A DNA stretch of 64,000 nt from contig NW_026262690.1 of NCBI RefSeq assembly GCF_021869535.1, positions 8,370,001 through 8,434,000 of the forward strand, given 5' to 3'. Positions within the stretch are counted from its first letter, which is position 1. Every line of letters begins with the position of its first letter. Made by a program: the position numbers and the translations under genes. Shown here one piece after another: positions 1 to 13,470 of this stretch. The notes under the pieces were generated by a model. That model made no database searches. It was not told the DNA's origin and worked only from the letters and a program-made list of their open reading frames with translations. The DNA is from Mytilus californianus (lineage: Eukaryota).

Positions 1-463
1 AATAAAGCTACCGGGTAATGGGATTTGTATATTTTGGAAATCATAATATCAGGTGGCAGTTGTAGTAAATGCTTGTGCCTTATATTTCCCTCATCTTTTC
101 CCTCACCTAACACCTGATCAAAATGGACACTTGAATTATTTTACATCATTTGGCATTATTTGTCTATTTATAAAATTTCAAATGCTAATCAGTAGCTATT
201 TAAAGTCAAGTTACAGTAATTGAACGCCATCTAGCGGATTCCGCGAAATGTTGCGACGTTTTGTACAAGTTACGTCCCATTGACCAGATTTAGCAATGTT
301 GCAACCGGCGACTTTCTGACGAGACAACGTTAAATTTGATGGAAAGTATGTTACTTCTAGGAGAATGAAATTGTTTGCTAAAATTGAAGATGAAGAAATG
401 CTACAGAATTTTGAAAATTAATATGAATATAGTCAAGAAGACTATCTTCAAAATGAAAATAGG

Positions 464-734
464 GAACTTGACTTGCGTCAGGGAGGTAGGGTGGTAACGT
501 TTGAGCTTGGATATCTCGCCGACCAGTTAAAACAGTGTAAAAACTGTAGCTCACCACTATTTCTACATAATTGTGATGAGGAAAAACAGTGTGATCTCGG
601 AAGTATTCTATATGTAGTATGTTAGAAAACGTCCCTACAGAAACCCTATATTCACTGGGAAAAGATATCGTCCAGCAGAAAATAAGAAGAAGGGGATGCA
701 AGTTTGGGACATTAATACTAAACTTTTAGTCTTG
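464..734 (+). pseudogene. Degenerate Mutator-like (MULE) transposase N-terminal exon
   Basis: Manual translation: ELDLRQGGRVVTFELGYLADQLKQCKNCSSPLFLHNCDEEKQCDLGSILYVVC*, then after a frameshift NPIFTGKRYRPAENKKKGMQVWDINTKLLVL, ending at a GTAAG donor (735). Fits the GRRIV.L..L...L..C..C..PL.L...E...LGSILY..C...N...TGK.....WD.NTKL pattern I recall for metazoan Mutator-like transposases. Carries a stop and a frameshift. Confidence 0.55.
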
Positions 735-1314
735 GTAAGATATCCCCTATTTTTGAAAATTACCACACCAGTCGGAACAAGTAAAAATATTTTCTAATTC
801 CAGAAAAGGGAATGAACCACATACAATTCTCAGCTGCGTCAGTCAGTCTTGAAACAGATGACACAAAAATATTTAAATTAACATTAACCCTCTTTATGAT
901 TGCAACAATCATTTAATATTTATACATCACAATTGTTAAGACTAATATAACACATGATGATAAACAAAACGTTATAGAGATTCATCGCTACAGTTTGTTT
1001 TCTACCGATTTTTTGTAATGGTGTTTTCTTTCACGTCCGCAATTTTGTGGAAAGTTTTCGAAGCTAAAAATAGAACACAAATCCTTAAATAGATACATGT
1101 ATAAATAGTATATGGTTTGATGAGGTATACATGGTATATTTTTCCTAATAAAAGAACATCCAGTGGATCCTAAAAGAATTTTCTTAGTACTGATTAGTAA
1201 TGTTATTTCCTCAAGGTAATTGATATATCAATGGTTAAAAAAATAACTGGAAACAAATAAAAATTTGTAGCCTGAAAGTTGCATCTCAAATATAGAATAG
1301 AACTGTTCTAAATT

Positions 1315-1422
1315 TAGCTGCGGAACCGTAGCTCTTAGGTCCTTGTGTTATTTTTTTTACTTTTTGCGGACCATCTATCTAAAAAATAACATAAGGACCT
1401 AAGAGCTACGGTTTCGCATCTA
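1315..1422. mobile_element. 108-bp hairpin MITE, probably Mutator-type (9-bp TSD)
   Basis: About 42-bp inverted arms (TAGCTGCGGAACCGTAGCTCTTAGGTCCTTGTGTTATTTTTT and its complement, 3 mismatches). Flanks are TTCTAAATT (1306-1314) and TTCTCAATT (1423-1431). Confidence 0.7.
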
Positions 1423-1791
1423 TTCTCAATTCTATTTCACTCATACAACTTGAAGGTTAAGAACGAGATTCTTTCGATCATGTCGATATCAAACTACTAA
1501 TATATACATGTGTGTGTATCTACTAAAAGAATATGCACACACACCTTCAGAACCCAATGTAAAATGAAAAAAGTACTTCAGTAATACAGCAACCAGACAA
1601 TAACACCAGGCCACAAAAAATAGAAAAGGAAAAGACATCTGATGATGTGCATGTTGTGCATTTGTGCAGATGGAATTTAACATGTTAAAGACAAAATTTT
1701 CAGTCATGTTTCAGTCTGTGTGTGGTTGCTTTTTTTTTTAGGGTTGATACGCTTTTCAAGAGCTTCATTAATATAAATTGTTTTGTTAAAC

Positions 1792-1990
1792 ATAAGGCCG
1801 TTAGTTTTCTTGTTTGGATTTATTCACATTTTTCAAATCGGGGTTTTTTATAGCCGACTAAACGACATAAGTGTTTTGTCTTTTTTAAGTCCGTTGTCTA
1901 CGATAGTCTGTAATTGTTTATATCCACATCATGTGAACTTTGGTGGATAGTTGTTTCAATGGCAATCAGACCACATCACCTTGTTTTTAT
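1792..1990 (+). mobile_element. Short copy of the abundant interspersed repeat (putative PLE 3' end, family A')
   Basis: Diverged match to the other copies, ending GTTGTTTCAATGGCAATCAGACCACATC. Confidence 0.6.
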
Positions 1991-2854
1991 ATTTATTGGT
2001 GTCAAATACAGTTGCTCTCTGATGCACATTAATTTATTGTCACATATAATAAGATTTAAAAGGGGTTTGCAGAATAAAAGATAATGGCGAATTGAAAATT
2101 GAATAGAGAAAAGAGCCAAAAAATAAATAAAGGATAGAGAAGAATGGTTCGCAAAAGTATAAAGAATAACAATGGAAAATAAAATAATAAGTTAATATAC
2201 AAGTGTAGTGGTTAAAGACATGAACCATGTACAGAATAAAGCAATCATGCAATATTAGAAGAATTTTACAATAAAATCATATATTGAGGATTAAACAGAA
2301 TAAGCGTTATATTCAAAATTAAAGAAATTTGCCATTAAAATTAATTAAAGAATACAGAAGTTAAGGAGACACACTTCATATAGACCCTTAAGTTAATCGT
2401 TGTATTATCTCGGTGTTGTTGGTAATAAACAAAAAAATCACTAGTCAAATTATGCAGAGGGTGTTGTATTTGATGCACTATATTCTTATCTTCCCGTTCC
2501 TAATGTATCTTCCATTTTTATTGAAGTTCACATTGATCAAAGCCTTAGTTTAGTATAGTTTCATGTTAATACTATACCCCACTATTTTGTTGCATTTTGT
2601 GTATCGTGTACTGATTCTATATATACTTCGAGCATATACGTGCTCACTTTTGAAGTAATCTTTAACGTTTTTATTTATACAATAAATTTTATACAGAACG
2701 AAAAGAAATTATCAAAGATGTCAGTTTGTATGCGTGTTTTACTTGTTAACTTGCAGATGTATTAATAACCACATGACACTCTTTCAATGATTTGTAGAAA
2801 ATTCATTGATGATAATATTTGTCGATATATGCGATGTAAAATTCTATTAAACAA

Positions 2855-3420
2855 TTGTATAATCTTTGTAAAACAGACGACTGTACAGACATAATACAAA
2901 TTGCAGCAGCATATGAGCAGAACGCTTTCTGTCGTTATATAGTACCAAAAGAAGCTATCAAATGTTCCGCTTGTAAAGTTACCGGTTTTTCAAAAAGTGG
3001 CCAAATCTTATATCGGAACGGAGAAATAATGCAAACAGATGACCTGCAAGATAGTCTAAGAGATTTTATCAATTGGTTACCTGACACAATGCAAAGCTTT
3101 TTATTCGAGAGTTTTAGTTTATTCCATGAAGAATAATTCTTTCATTGATAGTTTTGAACAAAAATGTAAGGGTTCTGTTGACTCGCTATCTTTGCTGAAA
3201 ACTGTGCTACCAGAGAGGAAACAAACGGGTAAAGGTTATAACCAGGAGAGCCTAGTATTTGACATTCTTGGTGTCAAATACGACGCACATAATGCCGTTG
3301 GAGATGTTCAAGCATTACAACAACTAGTAGAACATGTGTCGCTTCCCACTGAGAAAGTGGCACAGGCACCACACTCATTCTCAGTGGAATATGTTTCACA
3401 GTCTTACGAACGTGAGGGGT
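2855..3420 (+). pseudogene. Frameshifted DEDDh 3'-5' exonuclease domain, likely transposon cargo
   Basis: ORFs 2855-3136 and 3126-3491 give DIIQIAA, YIVP...I...KVTG, a broken (H)NAK.FDSRVL ExoII-like segment, VDSLSL, and YDAHNAVGDVQAL (ExoIII H..D). The ExoI motif is degraded. Confidence 0.65.
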
Positions 3421-5104
3421 CTGATGGTGTTGCCAATCTCCTATCGGAACTTCTTTTTTTGATAAAGCCAGAGTCACAAAAGATAAAATAATTATATTAC
3501 ATCTTTTTTTGAGTCAAGACATTGGGATGATTTCTATTTTTATGTTATTATTTTTGCGTTCATGTACTTACAAAGTATTTTCTTCTGAATTAGTAATTGT
3601 TTTAAACATTATTATTGATAATGAACATATCACATTTTTTACAACTGTAACAGTTATAATTTAATTTGAAATACGTGTCCATAAAAGAGGGTCTGACTGG
3701 GGTTTACGGAATAAAGAATAAAAGGCAAAAACTGCAGAATAACAGGCAAAAAAAAATAAAAGAATAGAGAATGATGAGGTGCTTAAATATAAAGAATAAA
3801 GAATACAATACTGGTAGTACAAAATAAAAAAAATAATAAATGAAGGACCCTCTATCCAGACCCTTATGATAAAAAGAACCTATCAATACAAAACACATAA
3901 TCATCATGCGTAATCAACACCAAGAACTTTGAAAATTCATACCATGATAACTTGACGTTATGTAATAAAAATGAAGACGTCACGATTTTTGATGTTTTTT
4001 TTTCAACATGTTGAGGTTGCGTCGTTTCTAGAGGGAAAACAAAGTCGGTGACCATATATTTTTTTCACATCATCTTATTTGTTAGACATAGAGGAAGAAA
4101 TCATCATTTTTAAAAAAAATTCTATGGAGTGAATCTCGTGATTTATACAGGAAACCAAAAAGAGTAGAGGAAAAATAAGGATTTTCCCTATATATTCAAT
4201 GTAATTTAGTACCCTCTCGGACCATTTTAAAAATGGCCTTTTCTCGAAAACGAAGTCGGTGACAGATACTTTTTTTTTAATTTTCTGATGTATATTTTCA
4301 ATATCTAATTGAATTCTAAATTTTAAAAAAATCTATGGACTGGTCATTTACTGATCCTTGACCTTAAAAGTTTTTTTCTGGATAAAAGGAGATTTGGAAT
4401 ATAGTTCAGCAACCAAACAAAACAATCAAACAAATTATATATTGACTTGAAAACTTGGCTCACTAACTGACAACCTCATTACCTAACACAATGATCCAGA
4501 TTACTAAAATCAGATACATATTGTTTTGTAAAATTAGATATGAACTCTAATTAATAGCGATATCAACCAAGATTTCGGAAATGATACTTAAAAAGTTATG
4601 GCTTTATAAACATAAAATTAAATCTGCAAATATTTTTAAGAGTAGAAATGGAAAAATCCTGTCTGCACATTTTTTTTATTTCATTTGAATTATATTTGAT
4701 CAATTACCTGAATGACATCAAAAATGGACTAAAACATTACTAGAATATCAAATTGTGTTACCCCAAACATCCTTTAACGATAGCATAAAAAATATGGAGT
4801 ATTCATAAAAAAAAAACATCAACCCGATGTTTTTTTTCTAGCCTACGACGATAGTGACAATGCGAGACATAGGAATTACAATCTGGTGTTGGTATAAACT
4901 ATTTGTACTATTAATAAAGCCATATATTCCAGAAGGTAGAAGACTTAGCTTGGAAGTTTATACCTTGTATTCAGATGCCTTATGTCTGTCATACATGTAT
5001 GTCTGCTTGGTCTCATTTTCATGGTTCAACAACTGCTAATATAGGATACCTATATTAGGTATATGGGTTCCTTACAAATTCTACATATCCTTCAGACAGA
5101 GTTC

Positions 5105-5290
5105 TCCTGACCTCAACCTTATTTCATGGATCATTGATCAAGGTTAAAGATCAATGATCATGGCTGTTTCTCATATACTATTAGCAGTAGATCATTAATC
5201 AAGGCTAAAGTTAGCTGATCAGGTTTGTTTCTCAGAAACTATTTTAGCAGTAGATCATTGATCAAGGTTAAAGTTAGCTGATCATGGCTG
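5105..5290 (+). repeat. Degenerate ~58-bp tandem repeat, about 3 copies
   Basis: Recurrent TAGCAGTAGATCATTGATCAAGGTTAAAGTTAGCTGATCATGGCTGT. Confidence 0.6.
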
Positions 5291-7567
5291 TGTCGGTAAT
5301 AACTTGAATAATGTGTGATCTATCCTGATATTTCTGAATTGTATTGAAACAAGTCTAGAAAGTTCACACTGTTTGCTTGTAAGCATTATATTTTTTAAGA
5401 AAAATTATTTCCATATTTAGTGTTGTGAAATTGATTTCACAAAAGACTGCTATCATGGTTGAATTTGAGGCAAATCAATATCTTTGTAACACCAACAAAT
5501 CTGTCTACTCGCTATTTTAAAATTTGGTACATTGTGTTTGTTTTACAGAGATGACAACTGCGATATTCAAGATCTAAGGTGAAAACTTGAAGCATATTAA
5601 GGACGAGAACATATTAATGATTAGTACCATATGTAGATTCTGCAAAGTAGGAAGGGCGGGATATAATCATAGACTTCCACTGGTTAATGAAGGTACAATT
5701 TATGTTGGATATGGGCAAAATTCCCCATTTTTACCCTACGAGACTGTGTATTTGTACACCCAGATGTATGAGTACCCTTTAAATTCTAAGCGAGGTTTTA
5801 TCTGTCGGACTAGGGAAGACATATTTCTATACCCATGTTAACCCTACGAGTCTAGTTTAAAAAAAATATATTTTGGTTATCAAGGTATCAGATGAAAGGT
5901 GAAAAGTAAATTCACAAAAATACTGAACTCCGAGGAAAATTCAATCGGAAAGTCCCTAATCACATGGCAAAATCAAATGACAAAACACATCAAACGAATG
6001 GACAACGAAGGACTGGTGATCCTTGTAGAACACATATTGACTGATAATTTTGAATAATAGGTCCAGGTTACAATTAATCAATTTTCATCTATGATCAAAG
6101 GTGGAATACAGCAATTTATTGAAGTGTCGGGGGGTGTCTGTGTAAAATACATAATCAGAAAAAAAAAAAAACAGGAAAACTAAAGAATAGGGACAACAAA
6201 GAGAATACAGGGATTCGAACCATAAATAATGTATTAAGTGAAATGTGTTGCTCGAGTTCCGGTAGTCTTTAACACATTATTATTCAATTCTTAACGTTTT
6301 TACGCTGATATTTTCTTTTTAATGCAAACTCGGTTGGCACATTGAAAGATAAAACAGAAAATAACAAAATAACAAAATAACAAAATAACAAATAGCAAAA
6401 TAAGTAAAACGAAAATATCAGAAATAGAAAACATTGACCCCGAGGTCATATGTTATAGGACTATAGTTTGGAAATCATCGAATGAGAGAATTTGTTAGAT
6501 ATCCTCTTTACGTTTATAAATACAATTAAAAAAAACTTCCAGGTTAAAAGACAATGATTGTTTAAAAGAGTTTTTTCGTGCCCATGATTTGATAAAGAAT
6601 ATAAATGTGTAAAATCAAAATGCTGTAATACGCAAAACTGATAGCGTGCAGATGAACCCCCAATGCCTTGATACTATACTGGTTTTGCTCGTGGTTAAAG
6701 GCCGTACGGTGACATTCAGTTGTTTAATTCGTTGTCCTTGGTTTACGGTTGAACGTTGCGTTATTGGCAGTTGTGCAATCGTCAATTTTCTTTTTTTTTA
6801 ATGCACAACACCATGCTTATATTTCTGTCTTTTTAAAATTTTATGTGAAAATTAACAAACCACTCAGCATTTCTGATCGTATTTCCTCTTTTTTTTTTTG
6901 ACATCGGAGAAAATTTGCTCTCACACACGCCCGCATTCCAATGTCGTCAAAATTATTTTTGAGAATACCCCCAAAGCGATCGTTTCCAAGATGAAGAGCT
7001 GGCGCTCGTCGTTAGAAGCATGCGTTGAAAACTGCGCACTGTTAAAGGGCAGAGCCACTTTAAATTGATGGAAATTGGTTTAACATTAAAATGTATATAT
7101 TATACGATAATTGTTAAATGTATTCAAGATCATAAGGAAATATTTGTGTGTTAAATAGTGATTTCCGAGTGTGTATTTGTGATAAAGTTGTGTTTCTATT
7201 TCGTTTACTTTTTCTCTATACAATCTTCAACTGGACAAATCAGGTGAAATTAATAAACGGAAAAAATATAAAAATCTATAATTGAATTCATTTAAGCGAA
7301 TAACTCCATACCAGAAGGTGCATTATTCTATACCAGTAACCTAGCATTTAATCATGAGGTGAAATTTATTCCTTAATCAATACTTGATGTGTAGTATGAA
7401 TTCATTGGCTGTAAAATCCCACGTAACATATGCCTTCGAAGTAAAATAAAACAATTTATCATCCAACACAATCAGAGGCTCATGTAATAAAATCAAATTC
7501 AAATTTCCAAAAAAGATTGTTGAAAGTCTGTTAACGTTAAGCTAAATATTAACATTGGGTTTTTATT

Positions 7568-7830
7568 TTTTTATGCCCCGCCGTAGGAAACGGGGGCATT
7601 AAGTGTTACCCATGACTGTCGGTCCGTCCCATTTTTAACTTATTAATAAGTTTGCCTCATGCAAATTTAAGGAAACTCATATACAATGCCAAGAACCACA
7701 ACACGCAGACAGAGTTCGAATTTGGGTAGTGAGTCATTTACTGTTCTAAAGTTATGGCCCTTTTTAACTTGGAAAACTGCAAAGCTTGAGCGGGGGCATT
7801 CGTGTCCTCAGACTCATTCTTCTTCTATTT
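7568..7830 (+). mobile_element. Non-autonomous Helentron-like (HINE) element
   Basis: T-rich flank, 5' subTIR ATGCCCCGCC and 3' inverted GCGGGGGCAT, with a GTCGGTCCGTCC microsatellite-like stretch. This is the typical bivalve HINE layout. Confidence 0.55.
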
Positions 7831-7960
7831 TTAAATAATGTTTTGTCTATGATCACATCCAAATTGTTATGCTTTCCAAAAACTTTTTTTTTTGTCCACG
7901 AGATATAAGATAATTGGTTATTTTCTAAAGTGATATACTAATCATTAAAGTGGTACAGAG

Positions 7961-9068
7961 CAGTGGCGGATCCAGAGGGGGGCGTAGAGGGCGTACGCCC
8001 CCCCCTTTGCTTGAACTTTTTTTTTTTTTTTGTAAAATTAATAATCAGACTAGACTTAGTGAACTTTGCCATTTCCCGGCAGTGTATTTAATTTTTATGC
8101 GACAATTCTTTACTTATAAAGATATTTTTCGCTCGTATTTACTGTAATATATTATTGATTATGTTGAAGTCATGTGATTCGCTACGGTGGAGTTGATCAG
8201 TACGTCGAAAAAACGATATTAGATATTTTAGAGAAAAAATTTTGACCCTGGTTTTTGCCTTAAACAAAAATTCTGGTCGTATCTGTATTGAAAACAATTA
8301 TCGTGTCCCCTTTTTTGAAATAAGAATAAAAAATCCAACAAAATTATTCAGCATTAAATGACCATGGTGAATAAAAAACGGGCGTAATTTTTTTGGGGGG
8401 TTTGCATGTAAATCCCATATCTGACCGGAATGTCTGTTTCGCCGAACTGATATACTGAATACTTTTTTCAAGGCCCAACTGCAACCTGCCTGCTGGGTGT
8501 GGCCTTTATGTCTCCATTTGTCGACCGTCATTCACAACTTCGTTGTCATTTGATTTTCAGACTCATTCGTAGCCTTTGGTTGATTTGGAACCCCTCACTT
8601 CCCTTGTTGGGTGAAACATTTCAACCAAACATTTGGAAAAAAATTGCTTGTTTGTCTTTGTTCGTGTTGGTCGTATTATAAACTTCATTGAATAGCCGTA
8701 TATCATGTTTACAACAAGAAATCTATAAGGTTATGCTTATTGACCATACAACAAACGAGAATTTTCCATGTCCATTTTTTACTGACAAATCCCACATCAA
8801 ATACATTAGTACATAGCTTTGGATCCATTCAATCATTTTATGATAGACAATTAATGGGGAGAATGCGGCATCAAAAATGTCCAACCCTAGCTTACACTTT
8901 AACTATAAAATATACATGCCCCACGTAAGGAATCGTTAAAAATGTGCATTTTACACTTATTTTATGTTTTTTAGCCCAAAAAAGGTAAAAAAAAAATTCG
9001 CCTCGCTCCGCTCGGCAATCTTTACATACTACGCCCCCCCCCTTTCCAAAATCCTGGATCCGCCCCTG
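7961..9068. mobile_element. Non-autonomous TIR transposon with CAG termini and a 5-bp TSD
   Basis: TIR CAGTGGCGGATCCAG / CTGGATCCGCCCCTG plus subterminal GGGGGGCGTA / TACGCCCCCC. Direct repeat CAGAG at 7956-7960 and 9069-9073. Confidence 0.8.
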
Positions 9069-10579
9069 CAGAGTATTGCATTCATAATGTGATAAGTGCA
9101 GAGATCATACACAGTTCAATCCATGACATATTATCCGAAAATAACCCGAAGTATATATGCAGATTTATCTTCAAACAGAAATCAATATCCAGTTTCGGAA
9201 AATAATGCAAAAATTAAAATAATATTACCTTTATAGTTCGTAAACTCCAGACGAATAACTTACACAAATAATGTGAACTTCATGCCTTAAAAATACACTA
9301 CTTAGTGTTTACATTAACCTGACCATATTTGTTATCAGTGACGGTTAAGATAATTTTTCCACAGTAACTTGGCTATTTCCTCTTATCGGGATGTCAGTGT
9401 GTTAGTAAATAAAGACCTTGCATAATGTGTAATAAGATCAATACAGAAAATCTGATTTGATCGATCTTTTTAATTTAAGCAAGGGATAGTTTTAAGTATT
9501 TGATTTAAGTATATGCTCGATTTCCCCTCTATCATGACTTGACTATGAAAATAATTTAGAAGGTTTGAATGTCATTCGTTCTGACTTATACTCCCAGGAA
9601 TCCACTTAATGATTTTTTCCCCATTTTTAGGAAACATTAACTTATTTCCCACTCCACTCGAATGCAATATTTTTGTTGTACACCTTCCCCTCTATCACTC
9701 TACATCTTGATTTAAACAATGCTTTATTCAAAATACTTTAATTTGTATATTGAATTGGATTGGGCAACATGTTATAGTCCATAAAAGGATTTCTATAATA
9801 AAGTACAATAAATTACATTTAAACAGTAAAAAGAATTGTCTCATTGACACTCATAACCACATCTTCTTATATCTATTGTAAACACATAATGAGAACCCCA
9901 AGTTATTTCATCATCAAAATCATTTCACAGTTGTCCGAAAGTTTGCTACAACTTATTTATCTTACAATTTAAATAATAATACCAACAATCTAAGATACAA
10001 CTAATGATACCAATAATCTAAGATACAACTAATGATAAAGGAACCTATCTGTTGAGGTCAACTACATCATGTCTGATTATTGTTTCGTCCTAAATATGCA
10101 TTAAATATTTGTTACTTGACGCTTAACCCTAATAATTCAGTCCCTCCCTGTGATCTTCTCTCCCACTCGATAATGTAGTCATCGTCAAGCATACAATCTA
10201 TTAATCAATCAATCTTGATATTGTTTAAACCTCATAAACTGTTTACCAACTACTAATAACTTCAAATCAATGTTAGCATTAAATGCAAACAGCTTTTCAA
10301 AAAGTATATTGATGTTTAACTGTATAATGGGCAATAAAAAATGAAGCCATTGACTTCACATGTACATAAATATAAATATTAAGGACGCACATGTACAGGA
10401 AATATAGTCTACATATCAAGGACCCATTGAACATTATATAACGTACTTCCTATTGCACTTGAAAATGTAAAAAAATGAATTTTCTAATACTAATTTATAT
10501 CTCAAAATATTTGGGGTGTTTCTGGTTTTTTATATATACATATATTTATCAAAAACGCTTGTAGGTATCCATATACAAT

Positions 10580-10830
10580 AAAGAGATGTGATATGATTGC
10601 AAATTAGACAATTACCCACCAGAGTCCAAATGACATAGATATAAGCAACTACAGGTCATCGTACGGACTTCAACCATGAGTAAAACTCATACCGTAAAGT
10701 CAGATATACACATGACAAAATGTGACACAATTCAAACGAGAAAAACAACGGTCTAATTAATGGCAAAAAATAAATAATCAAAAGACAAATATGACAGACA
10801 GCAACCAACGACAACAAACAGCCTCCGACT
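10580..10830 (-). mobile_element. Family A' interspersed repeat copy
   Basis: Diverged match to 24380-24795 (GAGATGTGATATGATTGCAAATTAGACAATT...). Confidence 0.65.
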
Positions 10831-11969
10831 TCAATGAGGAAGACGATCAGTCTCTATATCATTACACCAAGATGTCGTTAAATGAAATTAGATACTCTGC
10901 ATTTATCATGCTTTTCAAATCGCTGAAAGACTCCACTCCAAAATTATTGAAAACTATCATTTTGCATTGACAATAATATCTTGGTGTAAATTAGATACAC
11001 CCATTCGGGCTAACGTCCTGATGGTGTATCTAATATGGGCGCATTTGGGGATTACATTTTTTTACGTTTGCGCGCAGCTTTTGATTACATTTGCGCGCAT
11101 TCATTTTACAGGTAACACAGGTAAAATAATTTAAAAGTTAATTCACGATAAATATGACTAAAGTTAAAATGAGTTTTGAACATATTCTATTTGTAAAATT
11201 TAAATTATATATTTTTCATATTGAATTCTAAAACAATATACAGTGATCATGAGAAATCCCGTACTAGCTTGACATACATGTAAGTTAATTGTAAATATTT
11301 CAGAGAAAATAGCATTCTGTTTCATAATTTTACCGAATAGCGATTTAATAGATAATTGAAGTCAGTTTGTTAAATTGCTTCAAGGCACACACATAGAGTT
11401 TTTTTTTTTGTCAGAAACAAAAATACATACATCTCCGACAAACAACACAGCTGATTAAAAATTTCAAAAAACATATAAATAAATTTGACAAAGACGCCAA
11501 CAAAAACGTTGCTGTAATTGATGGTAAATTTGATAAAAGTTTTTGTAGTTGATGGTAGATTGACAAAGACGCCGATAAATAAGACCTTCCGTGGCATGAA
11601 TTATCTTTTTTTTATTAAATTGACAACTTTAATTTTCACACTCTCAGGTTCAAAATCAATATTGCACGAAAATAGTCATGTCTAGTGATTAGTTACGACG
11701 AATGGAAGGGGGGAGGGGGTTAACGACGTTGACTACCCATGCGGGTCCTGCACGATCGGAGTGATTATTTGAAGATTTATATAACACATTTATTGAATAG
11801 ATAAAACATACAAACAAAATATATACCATATGTTAACATACCCAGGAAATAGATTGCATCTTATTTATCACAGAATAAAAAAAAATTAACAAAGTTGCCT
11901 TTTTTTGAATGGATAAGTGAGAAGTCTTGAAAAATGATTGAAATTCTATTTGTAGTATTTCATACTTAC

Positions 11970-12165
11970 GACACTGGAGATAATTGAGAGTTAGATTCGT
12001 CTTTTGATGACCTTGAACTTTTCAACAAACGTAGTTCGCAATCAGAAAAAGACACTATATGCTATCCACTGATATGACTGATACTTTTGTAGTAATGGAC
12101 GAATCAGAGGAACAATTACGAACTAAGTGATCTTCACGATTGTTTTGCATCAAGTCAATAGATTC
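11970..12165 (-). other. Possible Ser-rich exon downstream of the guanylyl-cyclase-like exon, interrupted by a 2-nt insertion
   Basis: Acceptor AATTTCACAG, donor GTAAGT. Reads ESIDLMQNNREDHLVRNCSSDSSITTKVSVISVDSI then TAG. Removing one TA from ATATAG restores VSFSDCELRLLKSSRSSKDESNSQLSPV up to the donor. Confidence 0.3.
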
Positions 12166-12639
12166 CTGTGAAATTATATTGTTTCAATTTATGTTTGAAA
12201 CAGTTAAGTCATTAAGTTGTGAATAAACATAAAAAAATTATCCCCGAGCCAAAACGATCAAAATGCCCCAAAAAAACCTTAAAATGTCCACTGTTTGGCG
12301 TTTACAAGCTTTATTTTAAAGGGTCATATTATTTAATCGAAACACTTATCCAAAAATCAAACTATTTCTCGACATTTTTTATACAAAGACATAACTCTGA
12401 AAATGTAACAAAAACTGACCTATTTCGATGGGATATTTACACTCTCATTTTATTTCTGGAAACATTCATTGACCCGTAAAAGGGTTTACATTATTAGCAC
12501 ATAAAAGCAGCATCAAGTTACATGTATCTTTACAAAAAGTTAATAAAATGAAATTAGTGAACATCTCTTCCGATCTTTCATTGTTAGAGCAAAAACCGAC
12601 TTAAAAGGGACTTTCGGCTTTCTCAACTGATTTTGATGG

Positions 12640-13005
12640 TGTGTTCTTGTGATGTGCTGTTACACCTCTACCCCAAGATAGGGGAGGGTTGACGCGCCCG
12701 CAAACATGTTCAACCACGCCATATTCTGTAGGTGTCTGTCCTAAGTCAGAAGCCTCTAATTCAGTGGTTATGGTTGTCGTTTTTTGCTGTATATCATATT
12801 TGTTTTTCGTTTGTTATTTTGTACATAAATCAGGTCGTTAGTTTCCTCGTTTGATTTGTTTTACAGTTGTAATTTTGGGGCCTTTTATAATATGCTATGT
12901 GGTATTGTTGAAGGCCGTACGATGATCTATAGTTGCTAACCTTCTACAGCAGTTGGTCTCTAGGGGAGAGTTTTCTCATTGGCAATCTTACCACATCTTC
13001 AATTT
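12640..13005 (+). mobile_element. Family A' interspersed repeat copy (first of a head-to-tail pair)
   Basis: Contains CTGTCCTAAGTCAGAAGCCTCT and ends TTCTCATTGGCAATCTTACCACATCTTC. Confidence 0.7.
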
Positions 13006-13049
13006 TTAGATTTTTGCCTTTCCTGCATTTCATTCATCAGGACTTTAAA

Positions 13050-13470
13050 AGACTTAATATGTCCTTTGATTGAGTTAAGCTATTTCAGTTGATATTTTAT
13101 AGTGTGTCTTTCTATGTTGTGATGTTACACTATTGTTTCAGAAAAAGGGTGAAGGTCTGGTACCATTAAAACGTTTAAACCCGCTGCATTTGTTTGCACC
13201 TGTCCTAAGTCAGGAATCTGATGTTCAGTAGTTGTCGTTTGTTGATGTGGTTCTCGTTTCTCGTTTTTTATATAGATTAGACCGTTGGTTTTCCCGTTTG
13301 GATGGTTTTACACTAGTAATTTTTTGGGGCCCTTTATAGCTTACTGTTCGGTGTGAGCCAAGGCTCCGTGTTGAAGACCGTATTGTGACCTATAATGGTT
13401 TACTTTTATAAATTTTGACTTGGATGGAGAGTTGTCTCATTGGCACTCATACCACATCTTCTTATATCTA
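13050..13470 (+). mobile_element. Family A' interspersed repeat copy (second of the pair; same subfamily as 61560-61945)
   Basis: CACCTGTCCTAAGTCAGGAATCTG...GTTGTCTCATTGGCACTCATACCACATCTTCTTAT; closely matches 61560-61945. Confidence 0.75.
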
